Assembly (NCBI GenBank): GCA_965230295.1
Contig: OZ246001.1
Span: 768,001-832,000, forward strand
Origin: Marinicella sp.
GTDB taxonomy: Bacteria; Pseudomonadota; Gammaproteobacteria; Xanthomonadales; Marinicellaceae
Length of the DNA: 64,000 bases
Reading direction: 5' to 3'
Shown here: positions 19,127 to 33,378 of the stretch, piece by piece
Numbering within the stretch: the first letter of the stretch is position 1
Layout of the letters: each line of letters opens with the position of its first letter
Notes under the pieces: generated by a model
The model's database searches: none
Seen by the model: only the letters and a program-made list of their open reading frames with translations
What the model was told of the DNA's origin: nothing
Translations under genes and position numbers: made by a program

Positions 19127-19170
19127 TGACCAATTACTGACCATTGCATGACTTATTTATGACCATTGAT
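19127..19170 (-). repeat. Four 11-bp-phased direct repeats (TGAC[C/T] core) upstream of the beta-helix gene
   Basis: + strand TGACCAATTAC TGACCATTGCA TGACTTATTTA TGACCATTGAT; cores start at 19127, 19138, 19149 and 19160. Confidence 0.7.
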
Positions 19171-19438
19171 ATTTTCATTTATATTCAATAACTTATATTC
19201 TTTGAGTTTTTAAATTTTTACATTGAAAATCATAAAATTAGAGACATTAGTACTCAAGAGACTTCTGTTGATGTTATTAACAAGGAATAAATCCTCACCT
19301 GAATTTAACTGTTCTAAATTTCAGACTGGTTTATCCGACGATGATAACTGTGAAGGCATAGTAGGCATCAATGAGGTGTGGATTTTGAATGTTTGAAACT
19401 GATTAGGACGCTGCAATTAATACTGATAAATTACAGGC

Positions 19439-19471
19439 AAAAAAAAGCCCCAACAGATGTTGAGGCTTTTT
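19439..19471 (-). terminator. rrn operon intrinsic terminator
   Basis: + strand AAAAAAAAGCCCCAACAGATGTTGAGGCTTTTT: a hairpin followed by a U8 run on the minus strand, just downstream of 5S. Confidence 0.8.
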
Positions 19472-19483
19472 CTATTAATAAGA

Positions 19484-19599
19484 TTCTGGCGATGTCCTAC
19501 TCTCACATGGGAACTCCCACACTACCATCGGCGATGCTACATTTCACTTCTGAGTTCGAGATGGGGTCAGGTGGTTCTATAGCTCTGTTGTCACCAGAA
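19484..19599 (-). rRNA. rrf: 5S rRNA
   Basis: Reverse complement of a canonical 5S (CTGGCGATGTCCTACTCTCACATGGG...TTCTGAGTTCGAGATGGGGTCAGGTGG) with terminal helix TTCTGG/CCAGAA. Confidence 0.95.
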
Positions 19600-19780
19600 A
19601 ACTGGTTGCTTAAGTCCAAAGTGTGAACACTTTGCTTAAGACTAACATTTGGGAATATGAATCATCAATCACATTGATTGTGTCTTGGGGTCTTGATAGT
19701 TTGTATCAAAATCGTTACTTGTTAGAGAAATTAATCATTTTATGAAACTCACATAACTTCCAAATCTCTTGGGTGTTATA

Positions 19781-22648
<2,868 letters not shown>

Positions 22649-23056
22649 ATATAACCCCAAAAAATCTCAAGGTTACATGCTCGCGTTCATAAAATGGATT
22701 GATCTGGAACAACTGTTACATTGCTCCGCTGGTCTCTATTTAATAACGATTTTTATATATACTACAAAAATTCTATTAAGACGCCATTGACTCAAATCAA
22801 ATTGATTGATTTGTAGAAAATATTTGCTCATCACAAATATCTTCTGACTCATATTCCAAATTGTTAAGTTACAAGTATGTCGCTTCATGCGATCGAATCA
22901 TTTCGACCCGATAAAAAATCCTTATTAAGTAACCACTTACTTAATAAAGATTCTATTAAAAACATAACGACTCAATTTTGTTTTGATCAAGGCAAATTCA
23001 AACGAAGTGTGCAAAGCGCACATGAGTTTGAATTTAACGAAGATAAAAGCAAAATT

Positions 23057-23133
<77 letters not shown>

Positions 23134-23332
23134 ATTTGCTGCGTCTAAATGCTTTGATGCTGTGTTGTGCTTGTTCATCGTTCGCTCACATACATGTGTA
23201 TGCTCCCTCTCTCTTCACTGCGCACGCCTGGCCTCAAACCATTTATACTTGCAAACCTTCTGTTTATAAGCTGCTAGGCTACGCTTACGCTCGCCTATTC
23301 ATAAACACACGAAGGTGTGCAAATGGTTTAAC

Positions 23333-23408
23333 TGGTGGAGCTATGCGGGATCGAACCGCAGACCTCTTGAATGCAAATCAAGTGCTCTCCCAGCTGAGCT
23401 ATAGCCCC
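23333..23408 (-). tRNA. tRNA-Ala(UGC)
   Basis: Minus strand GGGGCTATAGCTCAGCTGGGAGAGCACTTGATTTGCATTCAAGAGGTCTGCGGTTCGATCCCGCATAGCTCCACCA. Confidence 0.97.
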
Positions 23409-23489
23409 ATTATAGGTGTTATGCTTTTCATACTATTGATTTAGATAACTTGTGTGGACACCCGGATAAAACATACCAAGGTATTCTTT

Positions 23490-25031
<1,542 letters not shown>

Positions 25032-25260
25032 TAATTTTGCGAAAGACATCAATGCCTCTCTAATTTATTGCGGCAAAATCTGTTACGATTCCACCAGTTT
25101 GACCACTAACTATATATCAAAAAAATTACGTGATTCTAATTATGGTCACTTGTCGTTGTACCTTAAATACATCATCTCCAAGTGCCCACACAAGTTATCT
25201 ATTACTTTTTAATTTACTTAAAATTTACCCCCGAACATTTCGTTGCGGAAGGGATCCGAT

Positions 25261-25504
25261 ATTATCGCCATTTAATCCTTCTTGGCAAGCTTTTTTTGAA
25301 CATTTCATCCAAATCAATCGGCTGTGCTTTTTTGCCCTGACCCTCCTTGCGGCAAGGCTGCGTATTATCGCTGAAAAAATTCCCTTTGCAAGTCTTTTTT
25401 TCAATTAATTTTATTTAATCAAAATCAACCCCAAAAGTCCCCGTCAATCACTCACGTCATTCACAAGAGGATGCGAATTATAGCCGCACTTTTCTCCCTG
25501 TAAA
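25261..25504 (-). promoter_or_regulatory. Three tandem rrn promoters
   Basis: Minus strand TTTACA-N16-TATAAT (25504-25477), TTGCAA-N16-GATAAT (25391-25364) and TTGCCA-N16-GATAAT (25288-25261), followed by relatively GC-rich discriminators; the last two have A-tract UP-like elements. Confidence 0.75.
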
Positions 25505-25681
25505 CCCCTTTATGACAAATTAGTGAAATTAAATGATGAATGCCTTGAGGTCTTCTTTTACTTTTGCTGAACACAAAAGCAAAAGCGACCGCGGCAGGCA
25601 TAGCTTTGGTAAGATTTCACCCTCATTCTGTCACTGCTGCGCAGTGCCAACCAGGATGGCATAAAAAATTTTATGTATTGG

Positions 25682-28600
25682 CTATACTGTGTTCAATGTC
25701 AGAATTTTTTGGTAAGCATTTGGCAAGGCATATTGCATTCCAGACATGTGATCCACAAAGCGACCCGCCAATAATTCACCACGGGCTTCCATGCGTTGTA
25801 GTTCGAATGACACCTGGCGCCATTTAACTGGCATGTCTTCCGAGTTCCAAATGTCATAGCTCAATACACCATGCCGATTGATCATCATTACAATATAGTC
25901 TTGTATGCTGGTGTCTTTTTGCGGGATCACACTCCATCGACCCATCATCTCTAAATACCCCAAGTTATTGGCATACTTTTTGGCTTTGATTAATTGTCGC
26001 CGCCGTTCAGCAGGAGATTGGGAAAACACCCTGAGCGCCTGAAAACCATCAGCCACAATCAAGCCTTGCTTGATCAATTGAATCAACACTTGCTCCAACT
26101 CAACCGGCATCAAGTCAGTGAATGCCAAAAGCTCCCGGAAAAACTGAGCACCGTGATCTTGAATGACAGAATACACCATTTTGGATTTGGCATTCAGTTG
26201 GGCAAACCCTATGGTGGCTGGAAACAGATGAGCACAACCGTTTTCCAAAAAAGTGAATGGGGTCTTTTGAATGGTCATTTGGTTCAAATCATTAGACACA
26301 TGTTTTTCTTTGGCGCGTTTCCAGATGAATTGTCCACTTTGACACAACATGTCCAACATCATGCCATGGTAATCATGAACCCTGGGTTTTAAAATCTTCG
26401 ATTCCCATTGATCGGCCAATGAAGCATAACCCTGCCATTGTCGCAATACTTGTGACAACCCTTCTATACCTGTCACCGGATTGTTAAGGAACTGCCAATC
26501 ATGCAAAAATTCTTCATAACCATCTGATGACAGGGTCTTGACCGAACTCCTTGCCTGGCTGAGTTGTGACTGACGCAGTCTGGCTAAATGGTTGCGTTCA
26601 ATCCAACTGTCCTCTACAAACGTTTCATCCTTATAATGAAAAGCCACACCTTTCACTTCCAATTGCATTAAAGTCTGTTGTAACAAACTGGCCGCAATAG
26701 GCAGACAGGTATGCAAGTCAGCAAAACTGATCAAACCACTGATGGTCAACCGATGACTGACCAAATCTTCGAAGTCTTCTACTGACAGATGTTCTGGATG
26801 TTGTTGCCATTTTTCAATCAAAGGTTTGTACTTTGGACTGATGATCACGTCTTTGTTCATGAGTTTAATGTTCACCAAGCGCTCAGCGTTGATTAACTGC
26901 GCCAAGCCTTCTTGATAAGCTTCAGCTTCATGCGGCCATACCAGGCCATGGAAATAAACCCACTCTTGCAATTCATCCAGATCTCGAACTTTAGGTTTCA
27001 ATTGGCGGTTGAAGGCTTCGATATCAGGTTTTGAGAGTTTATTGACAGCAAAAGACTCATCCAATGATTTAGAGTGAATGGCCAGAGTCCTCCTTTCTTC
27101 CGCAGGTGCCTCATCTAAGAAGGCATAATTTCTTGCGTTGATGATGGCCAATGAAGTGGGTGAAGGTGTGTGACTGTCAATATAATGTATGTTCACTGTG
27201 CCAGCATCGATGTCTGTCAGGATGGCTGCTAATTTTTCGACATCCATGATGCCTTCGGTGCAATCATGAATGGTCTGTTCAACCAGGGGGTGGTCTGGTA
27301 TGGTTCGATTACCCGCTATGTTCTCAGCGCATGCAATTTGTTCTGGAAAAATTTCAGCCACCAAATCCTCTGCTTCGTTGCGCTGAAATTGTGGTATCAC
27401 TCTTTTGTCCCCACGACGCCTTTTCACAGCCAGTGCCACCGAGGCATTCCAGCGCCATTGGGTGACAAAAAACGGGGTGTCTAACAACGCCTGTATCAAG
27501 GTTTCCCTGACCGAATCTGCTTTCAAGTAACCTTGTACCGTATCCAACTCAAAACTGTGGGTTGAACTCAAAGACAATATCAGTGCATCTTCCAAAGCTG
27601 CCGCTTGTAACTCGAAATTAAATTGACGACAAAACTTTTTCCTTAAAGCCAAGCCCCAGGCCCGATTCACCCTCGACCCAAACACAGAATGTATCACCAG
27701 ATGCATGTCATTGTTGCCATCAAAAAAGCGCTCCACCACAATGTCTTGTTGCGAAGGAAATATACCCAGCACATCCTTGGTTTTTTGTGCGTAGTTTAAC
27801 AACTGTTGACGAGCCGAATCAGCCAATGGCTGGGACGTGACGAAAGCATCTTCATCTTTGAGGTCATTAAAACCATTCCTTAAGTTTGAAACCGCTTGGC
27901 TTAATTCATCGGAACGCCACATCTGCACCCCAAACCAAAATGGTATGTTGGGAGGTTGGCCGGCTGCATCTTCGACAAACACCGTACCTGTTTGAACCTT
28001 TAATATGCGGTAGGAGTGGTTACCCAACTGAAATATATCCCCAGGTATACTCTCAAAAGAAAAATCTTCATTCAGTGTGCCTATCTTCAAATCTTCAGGC
28101 ATTAAACGCACATCGTAATCAAACTGATCAGGAATGGTTCCGCCATTAAGCAGTGCTGTCAAGGATGCGGCCTTCCGCGGCCTGATTTGATCCATTGTTT
28201 CATCATAAAAAACCAAAGCCCTTTGATAGGTTGATCGACCTGAATAGCCATCGGCCAACATTTGAACCACTTGATAAAACTTTGACTTGGTTAAAGTTTT
28301 GTACAACGAAGCCTCTGTGAATAAATGGTAGAGGCGTTCAGCTTGCCAAGGTTGTTGAGATACTTCAGCCACAATTTGTTGTGCCAGCACATCCAATGGC
28401 TGATGTGGAAATAGGGTGCTTTCCAGCTCTCCTTGCTCTATGGCCTGGAGCATGGCCGTGGCTTCCAGTAAATCATCGATGGTCAATGGAAACAACCTGC
28501 CTTTAGGTACCCGGTTCACACCATGACCTGAACGACCCACCCGCTGCAAAAAGGCTTGGATACTACCGGGTGAGCCCAATTGACAAACCAAATCTACATC

Positions 28601-29575
28601 TCCTATATCAATGCCAAGCTCCAGAGATGCGGTGGCCACAATCGCTTTTAAATTTCCGGCCTTGAGATTTTGTTCAGCTTGCAAGCGGTGCTCCTTGGCC
28701 AACGAGCCATGGTGGGCTGTGACATGGTCCTCACCCACCCGTTCAGCCAGGTGTTTGGCTGCACGCTCTGCCAAACGGCGATTGTTAACAAACACCAACG
28801 TGGTTTTGTGTTGTTTGATGTGTTCAGCCAACATGTCATAAACTTCTGCCCATTGTTCATTGGACATGATGGCTGCTAATTGACTTTCCGGTAGCTCAAT
28901 GCTCAGGTCCATTTGGCGTTTATGACCTAAGTTAACCACTTCAGCACACTCAGGGTGAAGTATATAGTCACGCATTTTTTCAATGGGCCTTTGGGTCGCT
29001 GAAATGGCAATTCGCTGTGGTCGCTTGATGGCCAACCCTTCAAGTCGCATTAAGGTCAACAGCAAATGTGCGCCTCGTTTATTGGGTGCCAATGCATGCA
29101 CTTCATCAACAATGACCGTCTCGACACCTGACATCATGGCTCTGCCGGCTTGTGATGTCAGAATATTGAACAGTGATTCCGGGGTGGTCACCAATATATG
29201 TGGGGGATTGCGTTTGATTTTTTCTCGCTCATGACTGGCGGTATCACCAGTCCATACCGCTGAAGTGATGCAGCCAGATGCTGTTTGCAATTGATTGATG
29301 GCCGCTAATGGCTGTTGCAAATTGATGTTGATGTCATTTGACAATGCCTTTAATGGGGACACATAAATGACTTTCAAACCTGTGGTGGCATCAGCATTGA
29401 TTTCAAACAGCTGATTGATGGCACTTAAGAAGGCTGCCAATGTTTTACCCGAACCTGTAGGGGCAGAGACCAAAACATCATTGCCCGTATTGATTTGTTG
29501 CCAGGATTCCGATTGTACCGGTGTCGGAATCTTGAACTGTTTGGCGAACCATTGGTTGATGATTGGATTAAACAT
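25682..29575 (-). CDS. lhr: Lhr-family SF2 helicase (long form with C-terminal winged-helix/glycosylase-like region)
   Basis: SAPTGSGKTLAAF, YVSPLKALSND, TTPESL, VDEVH...KRG, SATQRP, HHGSL, ATASLELGID, QRVGRSGH, PLDVLAQQIV, GTIPD and a C-terminal RMEARGELLAGRFV...QYALP. Confidence 0.93.
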   Translation of the reverse strand: MFNPIINQWFAKQFKIPTPVQSESWQQINTGNDVLVSAPTGSGKTLAAFLSAINQLFEINADATTGLKVIYVSPLKALSNDININLQQPLAAINQLQTASGCITSAVWTGDTASHEREKIKRNPPHILVTTPESLFNILTSQAGRAMMSGVETVIVDEVHALAPNKRGAHLLLTLMRLEGLAIKRPQRIAISATQRPIEKMRDYILHPECAEVVNLGHKRQMDLSIELPESQLAAIMSNEQWAEVYDMLAEHIKQHKTTLVFVNNRRLAERAAKHLAERVGEDHVTAHHGSLAKEHRLQAEQNLKAGNLKAIVATASLELGIDIGDVDLVCQLGSPGSIQAFLQRVGRSGHGVNRVPKGRLFPLTIDDLLEATAMLQAIEQGELESTLFPHQPLDVLAQQIVAEVSQQPWQAERLYHLFTEASLYKTLTKSKFYQVVQMLADGYSGRSTYQRALVFYDETMDQIRPRKAASLTALLNGGTIPDQFDYDVRLMPEDLKIGTLNEDFSFESIPGDIFQLGNHSYRILKVQTGTVFVEDAAGQPPNIPFWFGVQMWRSDELSQAVSNLRNGFNDLKDEDAFVTSQPLADSARQQLLNYAQKTKDVLGIFPSQQDIVVERFFDGNNDMHLVIHSVFGSRVNRAWGLALRKKFCRQFNFELQAAALEDALILSLSSTHSFELDTVQGYLKADSVRETLIQALLDTPFFVTQWRWNASVALAVKRRRGDKRVIPQFQRNEAEDLVAEIFPEQIACAENIAGNRTIPDHPLVEQTIHDCTEGIMDVEKLAAILTDIDAGTVNIHYIDSHTPSPTSLAIINARNYAFLDEAPAEERRTLAIHSKSLDESFAVNKLSKPDIEAFNRQLKPKVRDLDELQEWVYFHGLVWPHEAEAYQEGLAQLINAERLVNIKLMNKDVIISPKYKPLIEKWQQHPEHLSVEDFEDLVSHRLTISGLISFADLHTCLPIAASLLQQTLMQLEVKGVAFHYKDETFVEDSWIERNHLARLRQSQLSQARSSVKTLSSDGYEEFLHDWQFLNNPVTGIEGLSQVLRQWQGYASLADQWESKILKPRVHDYHGMMLDMLCQSGQFIWKRAKEKHVSNDLNQMTIQKTPFTFLENGCAHLFPATIGFAQLNAKSKMVYSVIQDHGAQFFRELLAFTDLMPVELEQVLIQLIKQGLIVADGFQALRVFSQSPAERRRQLIKAKKYANNLGYLEMMGRWSVIPQKDTSIQDYIVMMINRHGVLSYDIWNSEDMPVKWRQVSFELQRMEARGELLAGRFVDHMSGMQYALPNAYQKILTLNTV

Positions 29576-29643
29576 TTGGCAAAGCGAGCCTTAACAATTA
29601 TAATGCGGCGGTTAAACGTAAATTAGCATACACAGGATAATTC

Positions 29644-30138
29644 ATGAGTGATCAAGATTCGATATTTTTTAGAAATTTTTCTATTTTATTAGGCGCTTTG
29701 GTGATACTGACCATAGTATTGGCTTGGATAGGCGTTGCCATGCAGAATAATTTGGTCGCCAATGTCCAAGGACAAGCTGACCGCACTTCGATTCAAGAGT
29801 TGATCAAACCAGTGGCTGAAGTCAATACCGACCCCAATGCTGTGTTGGTAACTGCACCTGCTGCAACAACTGTGGCATTTGATGGATCGTTAGATGGTGA
29901 GATGATTTATGACAATGTTTGTATGGCCTGTCACACCACAGGCGCAGGTGGTGCACCCAAATTAGAAGCCGCAGCCTGGGAAGCTCGTTTAGACCAAGGC
30001 ATGGAAACAGTCATCGCCAAAGCCATCGAAGGGTTCATGGGTGATGCAGGAATGATGCCAGCCAAAGGTGGCCGAGCTGACTTAAGTGATGAACAAGTCA
30101 AGGCAGCTGTTGAATTCATGACTGCCAATCTAAAGTAA
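29644..30138 (+). CDS. Membrane-anchored cytochrome c5 family protein
   Basis: N-terminal TM helix, single CMACH haem site, GAPK, MMPAKGG and LSDEQVKAAVEFM. Confidence 0.92.
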   Translation: MSDQDSIFFRNFSILLGALVILTIVLAWIGVAMQNNLVANVQGQADRTSIQELIKPVAEVNTDPNAVLVTAPAATTVAFDGSLDGEMIYDNVCMACHTTGAGGAPKLEAAAWEARLDQGMETVIAKAIEGFMGDAGMMPAKGGRADLSDEQVKAAVEFMTANLK

Positions 30139-30160
30139 TCCCCAAGCTCCAACCATTAAG

Positions 30161-30194
30161 ATTAAAAAAGCGGCAGCACTGCCGCTTTTTTAAT
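30161..30194 (+). terminator. Intrinsic (possibly bidirectional) terminator after cytochrome c5
   Basis: ATTAAAAAAGCGGCAG-CA-CTGCCGCTTTTTTAAT perfect inverted repeat. Confidence 0.85.
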
Positions 30195-31025
30195 GCCTAA
30201 AATTCGACGGTCAAAATTTTCAAATGGGTGTCAAAATTTGCTACTACTATGAATATTTTACCCTTCAGTCACTGGAATTTAATATTTTACACACATCTGT
30301 GAACTGTTTTCATTGACCCACACTTTCATGACACCAATTCATTTTCAAACAATTCACTTGGCTTTTCCTTAACTCGAAAACAGGTTAAGAATAAGGCTTA
30401 GACTCAAAATAATCAGCGGCACCAATTTGTGTTATCCGCACCACCATTTAAAGACCTCATTGCTTTATCACTGACGATTGACACGGCCATTAAGACAGCT
30501 AAAAACCAGTCCACTTTTCCCATAAAGAATTTGATGTTTACCCATGATATAAATCAGTAACAGGAACCAAGTCATTTGCCCGAAATCCAGCTATACTTAT
30601 ATCAACAGTCGTTCCACGCCCTTGTCTTTCATCGCCGAGAACTTCCTAAACAACGTCAATCAATCCTCAACATCAAACCCATCGGTCACCACTGAACCAA
30701 ACCCCACTTAAAACCCATGCGACAAAATCTTTCAAGACCCAGGGTTAGACGTTGGTCCCCGATCGATCAGTACTTCATTGCAAAATAAATCCAAAATACC
30801 CAGTCTGTTTTTTGAACATTGAACGAACAACGATTTCAATCTACAAACACCTGAATAATTTTTCACAAACCCGTTTTAATGCCCCCAGTGGTTAAGGTGT
30901 CTTTTTTAACTTGTTATTTGACTGTGGTAATATGATTAGTGAAAAGGGGCTTGTGGGTCAGTACAGTTATTATCAGCTGTGGTCCATCAACATTTGATTC
31001 AATAGATAAAAAAGAAACACTATCT

Positions 31026-33365
31026 ATGCATTTTCAAAATGATTTTAACAAGACACAAGGGGCGACCAAAACAGCGATTCATCATCCGAAATCAGCTGCA
31101 AGATTCTCGTCAAGTATGAGTGTGGCCACGCAACCACATTCGAAGCCAATTCGCTCAATACTTAAATACTTCATGCTGATAATCGGCTTCATGGGCTTAT
31201 TGGGCTGCAAGCTTAACTACACCAGCGATCACCAGGCATCTTTTACAGTTGAAAAAGCATGGGTCAATCCAGACCTGATTGATGGCAATAAAGAGTCCAT
31301 TGCCAAGCTGTTGAATGAGGCCTCGTTTGAACCATTCAACACCCATGAACAGATTAACTTCACCCAACAAAACCAAGATGTTTTATTAAAAATCTCAGTC
31401 GACAATTACCCAGCAGCCGTTAAAGAATTCACCCTGTCTGTTTTCCCGAAATATTTAGGCCAAGTCAGTTACTTCAGGGTATCAGACCATTCTGAAATCA
31501 GTGTCATTGAAAATCAATTCCGAAATCGCAGTTCGGCAAGCCGATATTATTCCAGCCAAAAATTTGCTTTCAATGTTGATCAACTTGACATCAACAGCAC
31601 CCATTATCTGTATATCCATTCTGAAAATAAACGTTATGCCCTGGTTGAGATCATAGATGCCAACTCATACATCAAGGCAGATGCCAAATTCACACATTTT
31701 TTTACCATGGTCTACAGCATCATCCTGGCCATGGTGTTATTCAATGCGGTGTTTTACCTCTATAATCGCGACTTGTCATATCTGTTTTACACCGTGTATA
31801 TGGCCACTGCTTTGTATTCACTGTTGTGGCAAGAGGGTAAAATCAATGACCTCAGTTGGTTTGCCTGGCAAATCATGGGGAATCGCAGCAATTTGATTTA
31901 CCTGTTCATCGCAGACCTGGCAGCGAATTTGTTCTTCTATCGCTTTATGCGCCTAAAATTGCGCAAAAGTATAATGGTTAAGCTGGTTTTGACATGCGTG
32001 GTCTTCCGCCTGGGACTGATACTGACTGCCCTGGTGCAGTATCATATGTTGGGGGCGTTGAATTACACCATGATCAGTGCTTTGTTCAACATCAGTGTCG
32101 TGTTATCCAGCTTATTGGTTTGGATCATCATCTTGAAAAAGACCATTGACCAATTTCCCCAAGCCAAATATTTACTGGTGGCTTGGACCCTGCTCATTGG
32201 TTCTGTGGTCTTAAGAATTATATTTTCCATGAACCCCCATCCTGACCTCATCTGGATGGCACACAGTTATGAGATTGCCATCATGTTGGAAGGTTTAATA
32301 CTGGCTTTTGGACTGGCCAACAGGACTTCAGAATTTCGAGAACAACGAGACCAAGCTGTCAGCAAATACACCGACGCCGAGCGCTCTATATACAAGCACC
32401 AGCTCATCACACAGTTCCAACAAGAAATACAAGAGCTGGTTAAAGACCCCACTTTGGATGTTGCCGAAGTGGCAGAAAAAATTAACATCAAGTTTCATTT
32501 ATTGATCAATCGAGCCTTTCCAATAAAGAATTCATTGCTGCACATAGACAAAGAGTTGAGGGGTATTTGCACCACAGGCTTGCAACATATTGATTTGGAT
32601 TTATTGACTTTTAAATTAAACGAAGTCTTCTCCACCAATATGAAAAATCAACTGGGCCAATATGAAATCACCACATCAGACCACAAAACCTTGGACTTTT
32701 TATACCTGCCTTTAAGCTCTGAAGAATTCAAAAACACCCGATTTGTTTTTGGTTTGAAACACAACAATCCCGTCAATCCCAGATTAATGAAGGAATTCAG
32801 GTCATTCTGTGAAGCCGCTTATACAGCGTTAACTCAAGCAGAACAAGTACACCAAGTGGCATTGGCGGCCAACCAAGACAGTATGACCGATTGTCATAAC
32901 CGCAGCAGCATTGAAAAGGTCATCAAAGAATCACTGAAGCATGCCAAACGCACAACTGTGGCCTATATTGATTTAGATAATTTAAAAGAGATCAATGACC
33001 AACACGGCCACCACATTGGTGACCAAGGCATTATAGAATTCTCACAATTGTTAAAGCAATGCTTGAACAGCCAAGCAAAAATTGGACGCGTTGGTGGTGA
33101 TGAATTCATCGCTGTTTTTTCCGATGTTGAGTTTGAAAGCTGCGAAGAAATGCTGGAAGATTTTATGCAACAATTGAGCCAATGTGTGTTGACAGAAGCA
33201 GGGTTGACGATCACCAGCAGTATTGGCTTGGCTGAGTCCAGGTTACATGAAACGGATAAATCATTGGTGCAAAAAGCAGATGCGGCCCTGTATCACGCCA
33301 AGGAACAAGGCCGGAACCAAGTAACAGTCTACCAAATGTCTATGGCGAATCGACTGACCGGCTAA
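31026..33365 (+). CDS. 7TM-DISM sensor diguanylate cyclase
   Basis: Extracellular 7TMR-DISMED2-like domain, seven hydrophobic helices (ILAMVLFNAVFYLY...LEGLILAFGLANR), and a GGDEF domain (DSMTDCHNR, IDLDNLKEINDQHGHHIGD, GRVGGDEF, ADAALYHAKEQGRNQV). Start uncertain (30939, 31026 or later). Confidence 0.9.
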   Translation: MHFQNDFNKTQGATKTAIHHPKSAARFSSSMSVATQPHSKPIRSILKYFMLIIGFMGLLGCKLNYTSDHQASFTVEKAWVNPDLIDGNKESIAKLLNEASFEPFNTHEQINFTQQNQDVLLKISVDNYPAAVKEFTLSVFPKYLGQVSYFRVSDHSEISVIENQFRNRSSASRYYSSQKFAFNVDQLDINSTHYLYIHSENKRYALVEIIDANSYIKADAKFTHFFTMVYSIILAMVLFNAVFYLYNRDLSYLFYTVYMATALYSLLWQEGKINDLSWFAWQIMGNRSNLIYLFIADLAANLFFYRFMRLKLRKSIMVKLVLTCVVFRLGLILTALVQYHMLGALNYTMISALFNISVVLSSLLVWIIILKKTIDQFPQAKYLLVAWTLLIGSVVLRIIFSMNPHPDLIWMAHSYEIAIMLEGLILAFGLANRTSEFREQRDQAVSKYTDAERSIYKHQLITQFQQEIQELVKDPTLDVAEVAEKINIKFHLLINRAFPIKNSLLHIDKELRGICTTGLQHIDLDLLTFKLNEVFSTNMKNQLGQYEITTSDHKTLDFLYLPLSSEEFKNTRFVFGLKHNNPVNPRLMKEFRSFCEAAYTALTQAEQVHQVALAANQDSMTDCHNRSSIEKVIKESLKHAKRTTVAYIDLDNLKEINDQHGHHIGDQGIIEFSQLLKQCLNSQAKIGRVGGDEFIAVFSDVEFESCEEMLEDFMQQLSQCVLTEAGLTITSSIGLAESRLHETDKSLVQKADAALYHAKEQGRNQVTVYQMSMANRLTG

Positions 33366-33378
33366 CAAGGCAGTCAAC

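Noticed and set aside
25682-29575. Lhr helicase as part of a defence island
   Set aside because: Its neighbours are the rrn promoter and cytochrome c5; no nuclease, methylase or other defence genes are adjacent, so a housekeeping repair role is more likely.
30431-30440. TTATCCGCA DnaA-box-like 9-mer in the long intergenic region (possible oriC)
   Set aside because: Single imperfect box, no box cluster or unwinding element, and no dnaA/gidA context.
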